A stretch of DNA of 64,000 nt from Takakia lepidozioides. Taxonomy: Eukaryota; Plantae; Bryophyta. The notes beneath the pieces were generated by a model. The model made no database searches. It saw nothing but the letters and a program-made list of their open reading frames with translations, and had not been told where the DNA came from. Shown here one piece after another: positions 1 through 13,088 of this stretch. The position numbers were made by a program, and so were the translations under genes. The DNA lies in contig CM060732.1 of NCBI GenBank assembly GCA_030704615.1, forward strand, positions 48,422,001 through 48,486,000, read 5' to 3'. How positions within the stretch are numbered: the stretch's first letter is position 1; every line of letters begins with the position of its first letter.

Positions 1-1548
1 CTTTCAAACATTGCGAATGTGTTGGACATACCTTGTCACAGGTACGTGTCGAGTATGAGGTCATTCGAATTGATTCAAAGGGTGAACCCATCGTTCGATG
101 TTCAAATGATTTTTGATTGCTTCCAATCTTTGAGAGTGTGTGGGACATACCTTGTCAGACGTACGTGTGGAGTATCAGTCAATCAAAATTGATTGAAAGG
201 GTGAACCCATCGTTTGCTGATCAAATAAAAAGGTGAACCCATCGTTCGATGTTTAAATGAATTTTTGATTGCTTTCAATCTTTGCGAGTGTGTTGGACAT
301 ACCTTGTCACATGCTCCTCTCAAGTATGAAGTCAATCAAAATTGATTGAAAGGGTGAACCCATCGTTCCATGTTCAAATGATTTTTGATTACTTTCAAAT
401 ATTGCGAGTGTGTTGGACATACCTTGTCAGAGGTACATGTCGAGTATCAGGTCCATCGAAATTGATTCAAAGGGTAAACCCATCGTTCGATGTTCAAATG
501 AATTTTTGATTGCTTTCAATCTTTGCGAGTGTGTTGGACATACCTTGTCACATGCTCCTCTCAAGTATGAAGTCAATCAAAATTGATTGAAATGGTGAAC
601 CCATCGTTCGATGTTCAAATGATTTTTGATTGCTTTCATTCATTGCGAGTGTGTTGGACATACCTTGTCAGAGATACGTGTCGAGTATCAGGTCAATCGA
701 AATTGATTCAAAGGGTGAACCCATCGTTCGCTGATCAAATGAATTTTTATTGCTTTCAAACATTGCGAGTGTTGGATATACTTTGTAAGAGGTACGTGTT
801 GCGTATCAGGTCAATCGAAATTGATTCAAAAGGTGAGCCCAACGTTTGCTGTTCAAATGATTTTTGATTGATTCCAATTTTTGCGAGTGTGTTGGACATA
901 CCTTGTCACAGGCTCCTCTCAAGTATCAAGTCAACCAAAATTGGTTCAGAGTGTGAGCTCATCGTTCCTTGGTGAAATGATTTTGGATTGCTTTTAAACA
1001 TTGCGAGTGTGTTCGACATATCTTATCAGAGGGACATGTCGAGTATCAGGTCAATCAAAATTGATTGAAATGGTGAACCCATCGTTCGCTGTTCAAGTGA
1101 TTTTTTATTGCTTTCAATCTTTGCGAGTGTGTTGGACATACATTGTCAAAGGTACCTGTTGAGTATCAGGTCAATCAAAATTGGTTCGGAGGGTAAACTC
1201 ATCATCCCCCGGTGAAATGATTTTTCATTGCTTTCAATCTTTGCGAGTGTGTACCTTGTCAGAGGTACATGTTGAGTATGATGTCAATCCAAATTGGTTC
1301 AGAGGGTGAACTCATCATTCCCTAGTGAAATGAATTTGTGATTGCTTTCAATCTTTGCAACTGTGTTGGACATACCTTGTCACAGGCTCCTCTCAAGTAT
1401 CAGGTCAATCAAAATTGATTCAAAGGGTGAACCTATCGTTCGATGTTCAAGTGATTTTGGATTGCTTTCAATTTTTGCGAGTGTATTGGAAATAGACATA
1501 CCTTCTCACGAGTACCTGTCAATTATCAGGTCTATGAAAATTGGTCGA
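1..1548. repeat. Tandem satellite, ~120-bp monomer, about 13 copies, running off the window's left edge
   Basis: The unit 'gtgttggacataccttgtca...aaattgattcaaagggtgaacccatcgttcgatgttcaaatgatttttgattgctttcaatctttgcga' recurs every ~120 bp. Two subtypes are visible ('ggtacatgtcgag' and 'gctcctctcaag'). Confidence 0.95.
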
Positions 1549-1549
1549 A

Positions 1550-1612
1550 AGGGTTTAGGGTACACGGTTAAACCCCAAACTCTAAACCCTAAAAACCGTA
1601 AACCCTAAACCC
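1550..1612. repeat. Degenerate telomere-like motifs (TTTAGGG/CCCTAAA)
   Basis: gggtttaggg...aaaccccaaactctaaaccctaaaaaccgtaaaccctaaaccc. Confidence 0.7.
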
Positions 1613-1659
1613 GTTTCAATTTCTTAATAGAAAATCCGGACCGCGAGTACCAAGTTTGT

Positions 1660-1682
1660 TATATATATATATATATATATAT
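1660..1682. repeat. (TA)n microsatellite
   Basis: Direct reading. Confidence 0.95.
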
Positions 1683-1689
1683 TTCTCTC

Positions 1690-2185
1690 GGCGACCGGGG
1701 AGGTGTGGCGGGCGACCGCCCGTTCTTGGGACCGCCAATGCTGGCGGTCCCAAAATGTTTTCTCTTTTTGTTGCCCAGGGCGACCGTGTTGGTGGTCACC
1801 TAGCAGGAGGGGGGTGAGGGAGGTGCCCGACCGGGCGACCGCTATGGGCGGTCGCCGCCTGTATTTGCGACGGTTTGGCTTGCGGGTGGGGCGACCGCCC
1901 CCACCGGTCGCATGGCAATGCTTTCGACCAGGGCGGGAGGGGAGGGGGGTGTGTTGGGGCTAGGGCTTGGGTGCCCAGGCCCGGTTCGGTCGCCCGCAAG
2001 GGGTTTGCGGCGGGTTGGGCGACCGCCACAAACGATCGCCACGGGGGCGGGGCTTCTGCCTTCCACCGGTGGCCTTGCGGGGAGGGGGTGGGGGTCGGGC
2101 GACCGCTGAAAGACGGTCACTGCCGACGTGGCAGACACCGTGGGAGAACTTGGCGGTCGCCCGAGTGTGTGGCAACGGTCGCCTG
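1690..2185. repeat. GC-rich array of GGCGACCG/CGGTCGCC motifs (TE subterminal-type repeats)
   Basis: Many copies in both orientations. Confidence 0.75.
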
Positions 2186-2433
2186 GAGGCTGAAACAGTA
2201 TATAAGCTCTTCGTGGAGACACCTTCTTACTTCACTTGTGGCATCCACTTTTGTGAGCTGGGACGTACACCGTTCTTTGTATGAGAGTGGTGCGCAAGAG
2301 GAGGCTACAAAAGAGGCCTTTCCTGTTCATGCCATTCTATTGGCATACACCGCACATGATCAATTGAAGTGTGTGATCTACTCTTGGATCCACCATTCTT
2401 TTCTTCATTATTACCGTAGGATCCCTCTACAAA

Positions 2434-2826
2434 ATGAAAAATGAATGGACCCCTTGGTACACAAGAGTTCTGCAAACAAGAGACTGTGTTGAGTGCAAGC
2501 TTTGTTGGAATAAATTGCATTATCGCAAAGATTGGATGCTGGCTCATTTGGGGTATAGGGATTGCAATGGTCAAAACCCTGGGATGGGTTTATACTCAAA
2601 AGCATCCATGCGGGTGAAAGCTCATTTCGCAGATGATGTTGATGCGAAAGCAGGATTGATACGGACACTCATGAAATTGGCCCTCCAAATCAGGGGGAGA
2701 GAGCTATATCAGAGTATCAAAGTTTCTTGGATCGTCGTGACCCTTTCCACAACCTTCCGGATCCAGGAACTTAACATGCAGCCGCATGAATGGTATTCCG
2801 GTTGGCCGACATCTGCTGCTGCATAG
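2434..2826 (+). pseudogene. hAT-transposase-derived fragment: BED-like zinc finger plus an internally deleted C-terminal remnant
   Basis: W..W...VECKLC...RKDWMLAHLGY...G...SK resembles plant hAT/DUF659 BED fingers. The downstream 'DAKAGLIRTLMKLA...QPHEW' resembles the region before the hAT dimerisation domain. Confidence 0.5.
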
Positions 2827-3508
2827 CTTTGAGCGTGTTGCCAAATCATGGATGGCAACTGCAAATCGACTGGCCAGGGTAGTAGACCTCAAAAGGTTTG
2901 TGCCACGTGAAGAGAGGTGGACGGAGTGGGTCATGTGGGCGAGAACTTTGGCATCAGAAGAGGTTCAGAAAGAACATGCACTATATTGACTACAACAAGC
3001 TGCACGGATGTCAGATCGTGATGTGCAGAACATTTATGCAAGCATGCAGCGCTATGAGGCATTTGCCACTAACCGAGAAAAAGAAAAAGATGAAGAAAGA
3101 AGAAAACGTGAAGTCCAAGACGTGTCCGCCGCACTTGCCCCCCATACATCTGAGTTTGACTCATTCACGGTGTGGGGTGATTTACGTGGCATGTTTGACC
3201 GTTGTGAACATAGAGTTGGTGGAGGCAATGAGAGCATAATTTGGGAATTTGAAATGGAGGAGGAGTGGGATACTAGTGAGACACAAATGTCATCTCACTT
3301 GTTCGACAACAAGCGGGTGAAGTGCTCACGTCCTCCAATACCATCATGGATCAAAGATGGCTCATGTTGTCCAGTTTGCCTTAATCCATATGGCCCGGAG
3401 GGTGCATACTTGTTGGAAAGTTGTGGACATATGTTTCACGTAACTTGTTTGAAGTCGGCGGCTCTCATAAGCAACACATGTCCGTCATGTTGTGTGCCAA
3501 TCCACTAA
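2786..3508 (+). pseudogene. RING-H2 finger ORF (open part 3008-3508), interrupted upstream by an in-frame TGA at 2987
   Basis: CPVC-x14-CGHMFHVTC-x10-CPSC has C3H2C3 spacing. ORFs 2786..2989 and 3008..3508 share a frame and are separated by one stop. Confidence 0.7.
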
Positions 3509-3728
3509 CGTTACTTATCAATAAACAAAAATTGGTTGATAGGGTGAATGCGTCATTGGGGGGCAAATGATTTTGTTTGGGTTTGAAACTTTGCATGCGT
3601 GTACGTTGCGCACATACATGTAATTATTGAATGACATATTTGATGCACACACACATTGAAGGTTGTTGTTTGCATTTCGCTTATAATGAAGTGTATGGTT
3701 GCAATGACAAACTATAATATATGTCCCT

Positions 3729-6700
3729 ATGTTCATTTGTTCGTATCAGGACTTTGTCCATCCCTTCTCGGTCCTTTCTCTTGGCACCCCATTCAAAAAC
3801 AACCCAAGTACATCAGGCGGGAGCCATGGGCGAGACGCCGCCCCCACGGTACCGGACGATGATGACGATGACAGTGACGATGACAGTGACAACAACAATG
3901 AGCATGGAATTAACCAGGAGGATGTGCAAGCCATGGAGGATCTCTTAATGCATTATGTGGGCGCTGATGCATCCCATGAAGAGGGAACCCGGCCAATCGA
4001 TGATCCTGAAATGCCCCCCTCAAATGACATGGAGAGGGAAGCGAGAACTCCCTTGTACGAAGGGGCGAAAGTGAGTCGACTTTCAACAATCTTACTTTTG
4101 CTCAATCTTCAAATTCGATTTGACATAAATTATGTTGGGATGTCTGCCATAATGCGAACTATTGCAGACTATATCTTTGCGTCATACTTGAAACCCAAGA
4201 TGCCACGGTCGTGGAAAGAGGCACGCGAAGTCTTGGACTCTGTGGGGATGAGCTATAAGATTTGTCATGCATGTCCATGTGATAAAACCCTATACTACGG
4301 AGAGGGTTCGCATCTCACCAAGTGCCCAAAGTGCAAGAAAGACCGATATCGGGATGATGTCCAAGGGAAAAAAGTACCACGCAAGGTATAAGCGCCATTC
4401 CCCCTCGCATGGAGATTACTTAATCTTCTCAGTATATAAAGTGTATTCCACAAAGTTTAGGGTTTAGAGAGTAGTGCTCATGCAAGATCTGATTGTGGTT
4501 TTGGAAGGAGTGAGTGAGGAGTGGAAGGAGCGACGTTCGGTTTTGACCATTCACACCCAAATGAGGGAGAGGCTGCATAAAGGGAAAGACATAAGGGTGT
4601 TGTATTATGTGTGCTATTGAGATGATTACATGTAGGGGGCGTGGGGTATTTCATCCTAGAAAATGCATTACTTTCCGATCATCCCGCGATTGAGGGCACA
4701 GTACCGAAGCCCCGAATTGGCCAGACTCATGAGATGACACGCCTTGCATCGGAGCCCCCCGGGAAAGGTGTGCGGGCCACAAGATTCACAAGTATGGAGG
4801 CATATTGAAGAGATGTGGCCTTTTCTCTTGGAGGACCCACGACATGTCCACCTCGGCTTCTCCTCGGATGGGGTCAACCCATTCTCTGTCCAGTCATGTA
4901 GTTATTCCACTTGGCCGGTGATCATGGTGAATTACAACATCCCTCATTATCTTTCAATTAAAAAAGGCCATATCATGTTGGCTGCCATTGTGCAAGGTAA
5001 GTGTACTCATTTCATGTTTATTATTGCCTTAGACTTTACATTAAACTTCTGATCTCTGACGCAATTCGGATGCAAGATTGATGAGTGACATAATCATGGA
5101 GTAAGACGTATAATTCATTTTGTAGTATAATTTGCATATTGGTGGAGCATTGAAACAATGATGTGAATATCTCATAGGGAAAAAACAAGTGGCAAACATG
5201 GACACGTACTTGCGACCTCTTGTTGATGAACTTAAGGAGCTATGGAGGGGGGTTCCGGCATTGGATGCTTCACTTGACCCTATGGCCGGACAATCTTTTC
5301 AGATGAGAGGCATCTTGCTTTGGACAATGCATGATTATCCAGGTATATTATGTTCCCCATGAACAACCCGTGTACATTCACTTGTCAATGCCCTATAATA
5401 TCGATGAGGATTGGGATTGATTGAAGTAGCGGCGACAGTCTTGTGCACCGTAATGACATTATGGGCCATGCACATGACAACTTTTTGTTTTTGCTAATGT
5501 GGCGGGATGTGTAGTACATGACTAACTGTTTGCTCGGGGCTAAGCACCAAAGGGTACCATGCATGCTTGCATTGTGGCGATGATCTTGATGCACATAGCT
5601 CCCGCCATCTTCACAAGATGGTGTATCCCAACTACCGCAAATTTCATCCTATGAGCCATCAATGGAGAAGAAGAGAGAAACACTTGTTTGATGGCAAAGA
5701 GGAAGTACGTCCTCCCCCTATGACACCGTCCGGGCAGTTTTGGGAGGACCAATGGAAGGAGGCCCATGCGGGCATGGACGGTGAAGTGCCCGGCATGAAA
5801 CGACTTTCAATCTTCTACGAGTTGTCATATTGGGCGGTACATATTCCACAAAAACACCGTCAATATCCCTATGCATGCATGTGATATTGCACATTTGGTA
5901 TGCGTTGCATTGTCACTTTCACGTAAAAAAATTTGTGTAAGTCTTTGTGGGTGGGGATATATGTAGGACCTGAAGATTCGCCATCTTCTAGATCCCATGC
6001 ATATTGAGAAGAATGTTCGCTCGTGTCTTTTTCGAGTTCTTCATGGCACGCCGACAAAGAAGGGAGTGGCTACAAAAGGAGATTCTCTCGGTGTTAGAAA
6101 TGAGCTTGAGGAGCAGGGTCGCATGCGTCATCTATGGGATGAACAAAATGGTGTGGACCCAAAGGGTGTTGTACGGTGGAAGTATAGACGTGCACCTTGG
6201 CAATAGACAAAGGAGGAATACAAGAAAGTGATAGCCACCATAAGTGCTGTCCGAACACCAACTGCTTATGGGTCATCCCTCCGTACGAAGGTCAGCGAAG
6301 AAGACGGGGTCCATGGTTTGAAGTCTCATGACTACCACAATCTATTGCAAGACATCTTGCCCATTGTAGGACGTGGGACATTGACTCCCGAGGTTCGTGA
6401 GACAATCTATAGATTGGGAGGCTTGTTCCGGTGGATTTGCTCCAAAGAGTTGGAAAAAGCAGATTTTCCACACACGAAGAAGGAGGCGGCGGAGGTAATG
6501 TGTATGTTGGAGATGCACCTTCCTCCCTCCTTCTTTGACATCCAAGTGCACTTGGTAGTGCACTTAGTGGAAGAGGCTTCGATTGTTGGCCCCGTTCATT
6601 CTCGGTGGATGTATTTCCTTGAGCGTTATATGAAGAATTTGAAAGGATTTGTAAGACAAATGGCACACCCGGAGGGTAGCATGGCGGAGGGGTATACGTT

Positions 6701-7934
6701 GCAAGAAGCTATGTTCTATTGCACGGAGTACATGGCAAGGGTGGACGAGGAAGCCCCTAGGATGTGGAAGGAAGAGGAGGATGCACGAACCAATGACATC
6801 GTTTTGCCCAAAAAATCGAAGAGAGTAAAATTGCCGACCTTGGTGATTGAACAAGCGCATGACTTCATATTGAAAAACACCCCAACCATACATGAGTGGG
6901 AGGCAAGATACAATAATGTTGTTCAGCAACGAGAGGAGGAGACGCTTGCATGGAGGCGGGACCATCCAAGGCCGGTTACTAGACGCCCACGACGAGGAGC
7001 GGGCCGCCGGAATGTTTCTTCACAAAATTTGCCCATGGAATTGCAGCCTCTAAGTTCATTCCAACAGTGGCTTCGGACATCAGTTTATGACGCCGTTACT
7101 CAAGGAGAGGTGGTTTCAGATTTGGTGCAAGACATTGCAAGTGGCCCCTCTCAATTCGCGACCTCATACACGGCGGTTTGGGTTCACAGTTATCATTTCC
7201 GCATTCGTGCTCTTGACATGAAGCGCAAAACAACCTTTGATTTTGGCTTGTGTGCCACATATTGGCAAGACTTCGTGTGGGGCAAGGGTGATACACGACC
7301 TGCTATGAGCAAACTTGAGTACATTGGAGAGCTTGAGAGTACTCCAACTTCAGTATACAAGGTACCGGCCTCTTCTCTTCAAGGGAAGGTGGTTCCAGCC
7401 ACATCTTGTGGGGCCCTCCGCAACACTAGTGCAAGATGATTGTGGTTTCATGCGTGTCAATGCAGCTAGGCTCAACCCTACTCATCGTCCCTCCGATGAG
7501 TTTTTTTCACGGCCTTCAAATATGGAGCAAGTTTTCTTCTCCGATGACAAAGCAAGAGGGAGGAATTGGAAGATGGTTGTGCATGCTCAGCCAAGAGAAA
7601 GACGTATCTATCAAGGTCTCGGATCTCCATGGGGTGAGGCAATTGCGGTGGACGGAGAGACTGGTCATAATGATGCTGATAGAGGTTGGGTAGAGGGGTG
7701 GAAGAGGATGATGACACCCCAGACAATGCATCCTGGACCCTATATGATGAAGCTCTAGAAGATACGGATGTTGGAGAAGGAGACGAAGACACGGCCATTG
7801 ACAACGAGGTGGAGGATGATTCGGAGGTGCCTTTTGAGGGCCGGACCATTTATGACGACGACTCCGATGACCAAGAAGACTTGCAGCTTGATGAGGATGA
7901 AGAAGCTCCAGATGATAATGTTCAAGTTGATTAG
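3729..7934 (+). pseudogene. CACTA/En-Spm transposase (TnpD/Tnp2 type with DUF4218/DUF4216-like regions), spliced and disabled
   Basis: Motifs ICHACPCDKTLY...CPKC, LGFSSDGVNPF...STWPVIMVNYNIP, LWTMHDYP, LDPMHIEKNV, GLKSHDYH, FFDIQVHLVVHL, WMYFLERYM, PEGSMAEGY. Introns lie at about 4386-4660, 4997-5178, 5343-5540 and 5837-5966. Premature stops at 4735 and 6204; frameshifts near 7340 and 7695. Confidence 0.95.
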
Positions 7935-9629
7935 ACACAAAATCAAACCTACATAACAATTCTCACACCAAATTGGACCCATCCCTTCGATTGATTGTAC
8001 ATGTACATGCATATTGTAGTTTATTTCTATGATTGATCAAATATGGCTGTGGCTGGTAGTCTTTCAAGAAAGAAGGCAGAAGCAATGAATATGTTGGAGC
8101 AACACATACAGATGTGGTATCAAGAGAATTATCAAAATGAATGTCACAATCTACAAGAAGGTCCACAACAACAAGCTAAACCATAAAGAAAAACAAACAC
8201 ACTACCCCAGTACCATATGAAAAAAAAAAAAAAACTAAGAACCCCCAAAGGCCCTAAACCTTAACCTAGAAAGCCCTGCAGTCGCTGCCTGCGACCCCCA
8301 CGCATCACAACCTGCGACACGGTTTTTAGGATTTATGAGGCCGGGGATCGCAAACGGCGACGGCCAACCGTCGCCAACTGCGACCTGTTTTTTTTTGTTT
8401 TGAAAGAATGGATTTATGAGGCCGAGGGTCGCAATTGGCGACGGCACGTCGTCGCAAAATGTGACATGTTTTTTTGTTTGAAAGAATAGGGTAGCCGGTT
8501 TGCGACGCTCGGCCGTCGCAGGGGCCTTTTGCCCTTCATGCCACCATGCGACGGCCGGGCATCGCAAAAAAGGGCTGCGATGAAAGAAAGGGCAAGAAAG
8601 AGCTTTTTTTTTTGGGCTTGCAACGATAGGTCATCGCCAGAAAGGGCTGGCTTCTCCCCTTCGCTGGGGGCAACGCTTGGGCGTCGCACGGAAAGGCTGC
8701 TTGCTGCCCTTCATCCGCCCGTGCGATGGCTAGGCGTCGCCGCCTGGCCCCGGCGCCAGGTGGCGACTCGTGGGGTTTGGCTGCGACGGCCCGACGTCGC
8801 AAAAATGCTCCGTGGGGTTGGCGTCGCACGCTCGGCGCCGCGCGGGGCGTGGGGGCGCGGCTGGCGTTGCAAACCCCCCCCATTTGCTGTAGTGACATCT
8901 TCGGCCCTCTGGCGAAAATGTGCATTTGTGCAAGTTGGGGCGTCGCATCAATTGTTCCGAGTGTGTATCTGATGCCTTGGCCTGGGCCACAAACGGTTTT
9001 TGTGACAAATTTTCACGAATTTTTTACACATCCCCATAGTCCACAGTTTGTCCTCCGGAATAGCATACCATCCATCGGCCGCTTGAATTTCCGGCCTATC
9101 GTAAACGTCCCAATTGAGGTCCCGTTTCTTCCCTTTGGCACCTCTCTTCCCTGCGGGGCCTGAATCGACCGCCTCCTCTCGGTGCCTACGCCATTGCCCC
9201 CCCTCCTCCGTCATTTTTATAACGTTTGTAATATTATATAGCCTTTACACAACTCTCATTTATTTCTATATGATGTAAAGGCCTAGTGTACCTGCTCTAG
9301 TCACCTCGTTTGACCGAAACTCACCAATTTCAACAAAATCACAGTAAAATGTAACACACCACAGGGGGGGGGGGGCAAATCCAAAATACACAAAGATCTA
9401 TTTAGTCCCCACCTAACGACTTGATAAAATGGGTTTGGAAGCCAAAGATGGGATGTGGGGGTAGGAAAAAACCCACAATTTTATAAAAATCGGAGACAAA
9501 ACCTCCCCCTCCGTGTCAATGGCTTCCCTCTTCCTCTAACTCCGCTCGGCAAAATGCAATGCATCCCACACCCACAAAACTAAAGGGGAAGAGTGAAAGT
9601 GAGAGCCAAGAATGGCCTCCTTCCCCTTA

Positions 9630-9960
9630 TATGGGCGACCGCTCAAAAGCGGTCACCCAAGCGCCTTCCGGAAGATGTCTGCCACGTGGTGGCCACCGGT
9701 GCAATGTGGCGGTCGCCCGGGCCGGCGCCCCATCCCGCCCGGCGACCGGCGCCCGCATGGTCGCCTCGGCAAGCCGTCACCTGGCCGGTCGCCTTCGTCC
9801 TCGCTGTCGCCAACGTGGCAAAAGAAGATACAAAATAAAAAAGTAATTTTTTTTTACCGCGATGAATGTCTTCTTATGGACGCGACGCGACGATCGTCAC
9901 GTCTTGACGTGACGCCGACGCTGACGTGTTACTGCGGCATCACGTCCATACCTGCAACCG
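9630..9960. repeat. Second GGCGACC/GGTCGCC array followed by GACGTG-rich motifs (TE end-like)
   Basis: Same motif as 1690-2185, plus an inverted match (ACGTGGCAGACA ~2126 vs TGTCTGCCACGT ~9676). Confidence 0.6.
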
Positions 9961-9989
9961 GGGGGGTGGGCGCTTTGGTATCCTAGATC

Positions 9990-11685
9990 TGGATCGTGAG
10001 ATTACTGTTTTATTGGGAAAATGGATTCCTAGGGCCTTTCTGCCTAGGGCTGGTCCCTGAAAATGGTTGGTTTGGCTTAATATCCATCGATCAATCCCTG
10101 CTTCCATGGAAACCATGTCTCCGATGGTTGGTTCAAGGTGGAACTCGGAATTCTAAACAGTCTGTAGGCTCCTTGGGTTGGCAAGCCATTTGGAGGGTCT
10201 GGACTCGTCTACGAGAATATCTAGTACATAAAAAAACCCCCAATGTCTTGGGACGAGGCCATAAGGCAACCTATTTTTGGAAACCTTCAGTTGGATTGTG
10301 AGGTCCTGGCCTCTTTCTCTGCTAGGTGAGCTTCTTGGGATCAAGCTGGGATCTCCTTGGTTCAGGACATTTGGGAGGGTTCGGGTATGTCCCCCTCTGG
10401 GCGCTGGTCCAAGTGGGCTCCCATCCCAGTCCCTCAATCAGCTTGGAAGCTCATCTGGGTGGATGTTTGGTGGAAGCAACGAGCTGCCAAGATTTCGGGC
10501 TTTAGACTGTGGAAACTGTGCAATCACATTCTTCCCCTCTCCTTCTGTCTTTTGGCTCCTGACAATTTGTGCAGATCCTGCCCTCTTGGGGAAGTAGAAT
10601 CATATCAGCACTACTTCAAGTCTTGTCCCTTTGCATCTTTCATCTGGTCTAGAATCCACTCTTTGTACATCTCCTGACATGTATTTGATTGCAAGGACCC
10701 TATCTTAATTCTCCTCAATACCTCCCCCTCTTCTTCCTGGCATCTGGGTGGCACTACGTGGGTTGTGGTCCTTTGGCAGTTGTGCTCTCATTTTTTTTTA
10801 AATCATAATTAGCCTCTTTGCGTTAAAGCTTCCTTCTATCTTCTTTGACTTTATATTGGTTGAGGGGTGTAAATTGTGGGAGGGTCTGCTGAGCACAGTT
10901 TGCAGATGCTCTGCGGAGCGGCGGCTTGCCCTTCTCTCGAAGTTTGATGCAGAATGGGGGGCACTGTGGACTTCTTTGTCAAAGACAGGGTGAAGGAGTC
11001 TCTTGGGCACCCAGACCTCCAGTCGACCGGTGACTCCCCCAACCATTGGGCATCTCTAGCTGAGATTGAGGAGAAAGACATCAATTGGCGCCAATGTAAG
11101 CAGCGGGATTCCAGTGTGAGGGCTCATTTAGATTTTTGAGCCTATCATTGTAAACTCTGTTTGGCCCTTTCTCCCTTGCAGCCTTGCAGGTCATTAATAG
11201 CTTTCTGCCCTTGAGCCTTCTCATTGGCTCTTGCAGTCTGTTAGGCTACAATCTTTTCTTCAGGAGGTTTAGTTTTTTGCTGCTCCAGTCTCGGGGCCTG
11301 GTTCTCGGTTTAGTTCTTAGGAAGAGCTTTGTTTTCCTTGTTTGCTTGGCTGTTGGGGGGGGGGGGTAGTTCAGCCCTTCTCCTTCCCTTCTTTTTGGTT
11401 CTCCTCAGCCTTTCCTGTGGAAGGCTCTTTTACTTCCTCAGGCAGGGCTGCTGCTCCAACTTTGGTAATTTTAGATTAGTTCTCTACTACAACCTGGAGC
11501 ATGGCTTCCTGATCTATCAGGGCTATAGGATGGTAGTTAAGCTTGCCCTGGGTGGTTGGTCAGGGTGTTATCCGATCTTCAATGATGTAAGCCTTATGGC
11601 CTTTTGTCATGGTTATTTTTTCCAGGACATCCTTATTAATATGAATTACAGGGCTTCCTTCCCTTTTATTTAAAATAAAATAAAA
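9990..11685 (+). mobile_element. 5'-truncated, decayed L1-type LINE (ORF2 C-terminal zf-RVT region, 3' UTR, A-rich tail)
   Basis: WKLIW...KISGFRLWKLCNHILP...CRSCPLGEVESYQHYFKSCPFASFIW is the typical non-LTR C-terminal zinc motif. Frameshifts are present, and a (TAAAA)n tail lies at 11671-11685. Confidence 0.8.
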
Positions 11686-12464
11686 CCTACCCTCCCAACA
11701 CTGGCTTTGAAGTGTCCACCTTCCCGCTCTAGGCAACAACCCAAATTTACACTCCCTTGGGAGGCCTCATTACTTAGGGTATGCTGGCGTATCACCAAAC
11801 AGAGGCCTATGACAGCATGGCATTTTTTTTTTTTTTTTTTTTTCATCTTTCCAATATCGCCACAGGGGCCATCTGTAAATTCTAACCAGTGCCCATGTGG
11901 CAAGAATAGTGAGGTGGAAGGGTTAGAAGAGTGGCTATATAAACATGTGGCACGTTCTAACAGGTCCATGCAGGAAAATTCAAGCTCAAGATATTCAACT
12001 AGTGGCGCTTTCTGGCGAGCTTATTTTCGAATTTTTTGTACATAAGCAATATATGAAGCGAGACATCTGTTTTGTTTGTTTGTTTTGTTTTGTAGATTTG
12101 AGATGTCCCAAACCGTGGTGCTTGATACCGTTGGAAAGCCCTCGATGAGGAGGGGTGCACGGGCTTGGTCTCACGAGTTTTGGACATGCGGTGTGGGAGA
12201 TGTGGAATTCCAAGTACTTTGGGTCGCTGGAAATTCACGAAAAATTGCAAAGTGGGCATTCCTGGGATAATGGTGACATGAGAGATATCAAGGGTAAGGT
12301 CTCCGGTTCAAATCTGGTCTTAGGCTATGTGGAAAAAAAATGCATTTGGACTTAGATGAGATTGGAGACTTGGGCCAATGGCAGACGCTATCCTAGAGAC
12401 GGGAGATATATCAATAATGATTGGATATTACTACTCAATAAATTCATGAAAAAACATAAATGGG

Positions 12465-12870
12465 GCCTTGACATGGGAGACGCACTTGGATACATAAAAG
12501 ATTGCACATTGGGCTTAGATGGGCCTCGGCCCTCGACATAGAAGACGCACATGGGAGACTCCCTTGGATACATAGGAGACGCACTTGGATACATAGGAAT
12601 ATATCGCACTTGGGCGTAGATGATAGTGGACGCTTGGGCCTCTACATTGGAGATGCACTTGGATACATAGAAGATTGCACTTGAGCTTACATGGGCCTCG
12701 ACATAGGAAACGCACAGGGACATAGGAAATTGCACTTGGTCTTAGATTTCAAATTTTCACACATGGGCTAACGGCAGAGGCTGCCTAGAGGTCGCACTTG
12801 GGCCTAGACATGGGAGACCTACTTGGATACGTAGGAGATTGCACTTGGGCCAACGGCACAAGCTACCCTA
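12465..12870. repeat. Imperfect minisatellite (GCACTTGG core, ~21/60-bp periodicity)
   Basis: Repeated ggagacgcacttggatacata / agattgcacttgggcc / gggcctcgacat. Confidence 0.8.
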
Positions 12871-13088
12871 GTTGCCTTGTAAAAGTTTAAAGTAGTCAAC
12901 TCAGGTAAGTTCCAGGTGAAAATCTGGCGATGTTTTGCCTGAAAAAGAACACTGCCACAGAGTGCGATAGTACGCCAGATGTCTTTACTGGCAAAATGCC
13001 TTGGTCTCCGACTCTATCTCATGCCACATAGGGCAAGGTGTCTCTACTCCGTACATTCATCATACAGTCATCAACCATGCGGGTAATA

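Larger units (their letters stand above)
1690..8894 (+). mobile_element. CACTA DNA transposon; right end defined, left end not found in the window (start coordinate nominal)
   Basis: Transposase, a TGCGAC/GTCGCA subterminal array at 8280-8870, and the terminus gcaaaccccccatttgctgTAGTG (rc CACTACAGCAAATGG) ending at 8894. Confidence 0.85.

Noticed and set aside
583-2444. ORFs in the satellite and GC-rich arrays (also 8235-9986)
   Set aside because: By-products of repeats and high GC content, with no domain signatures.
9960-9990. Helitron 3' end at CTAG
   Set aside because: No clear subterminal hairpin, and the following base is A rather than T.
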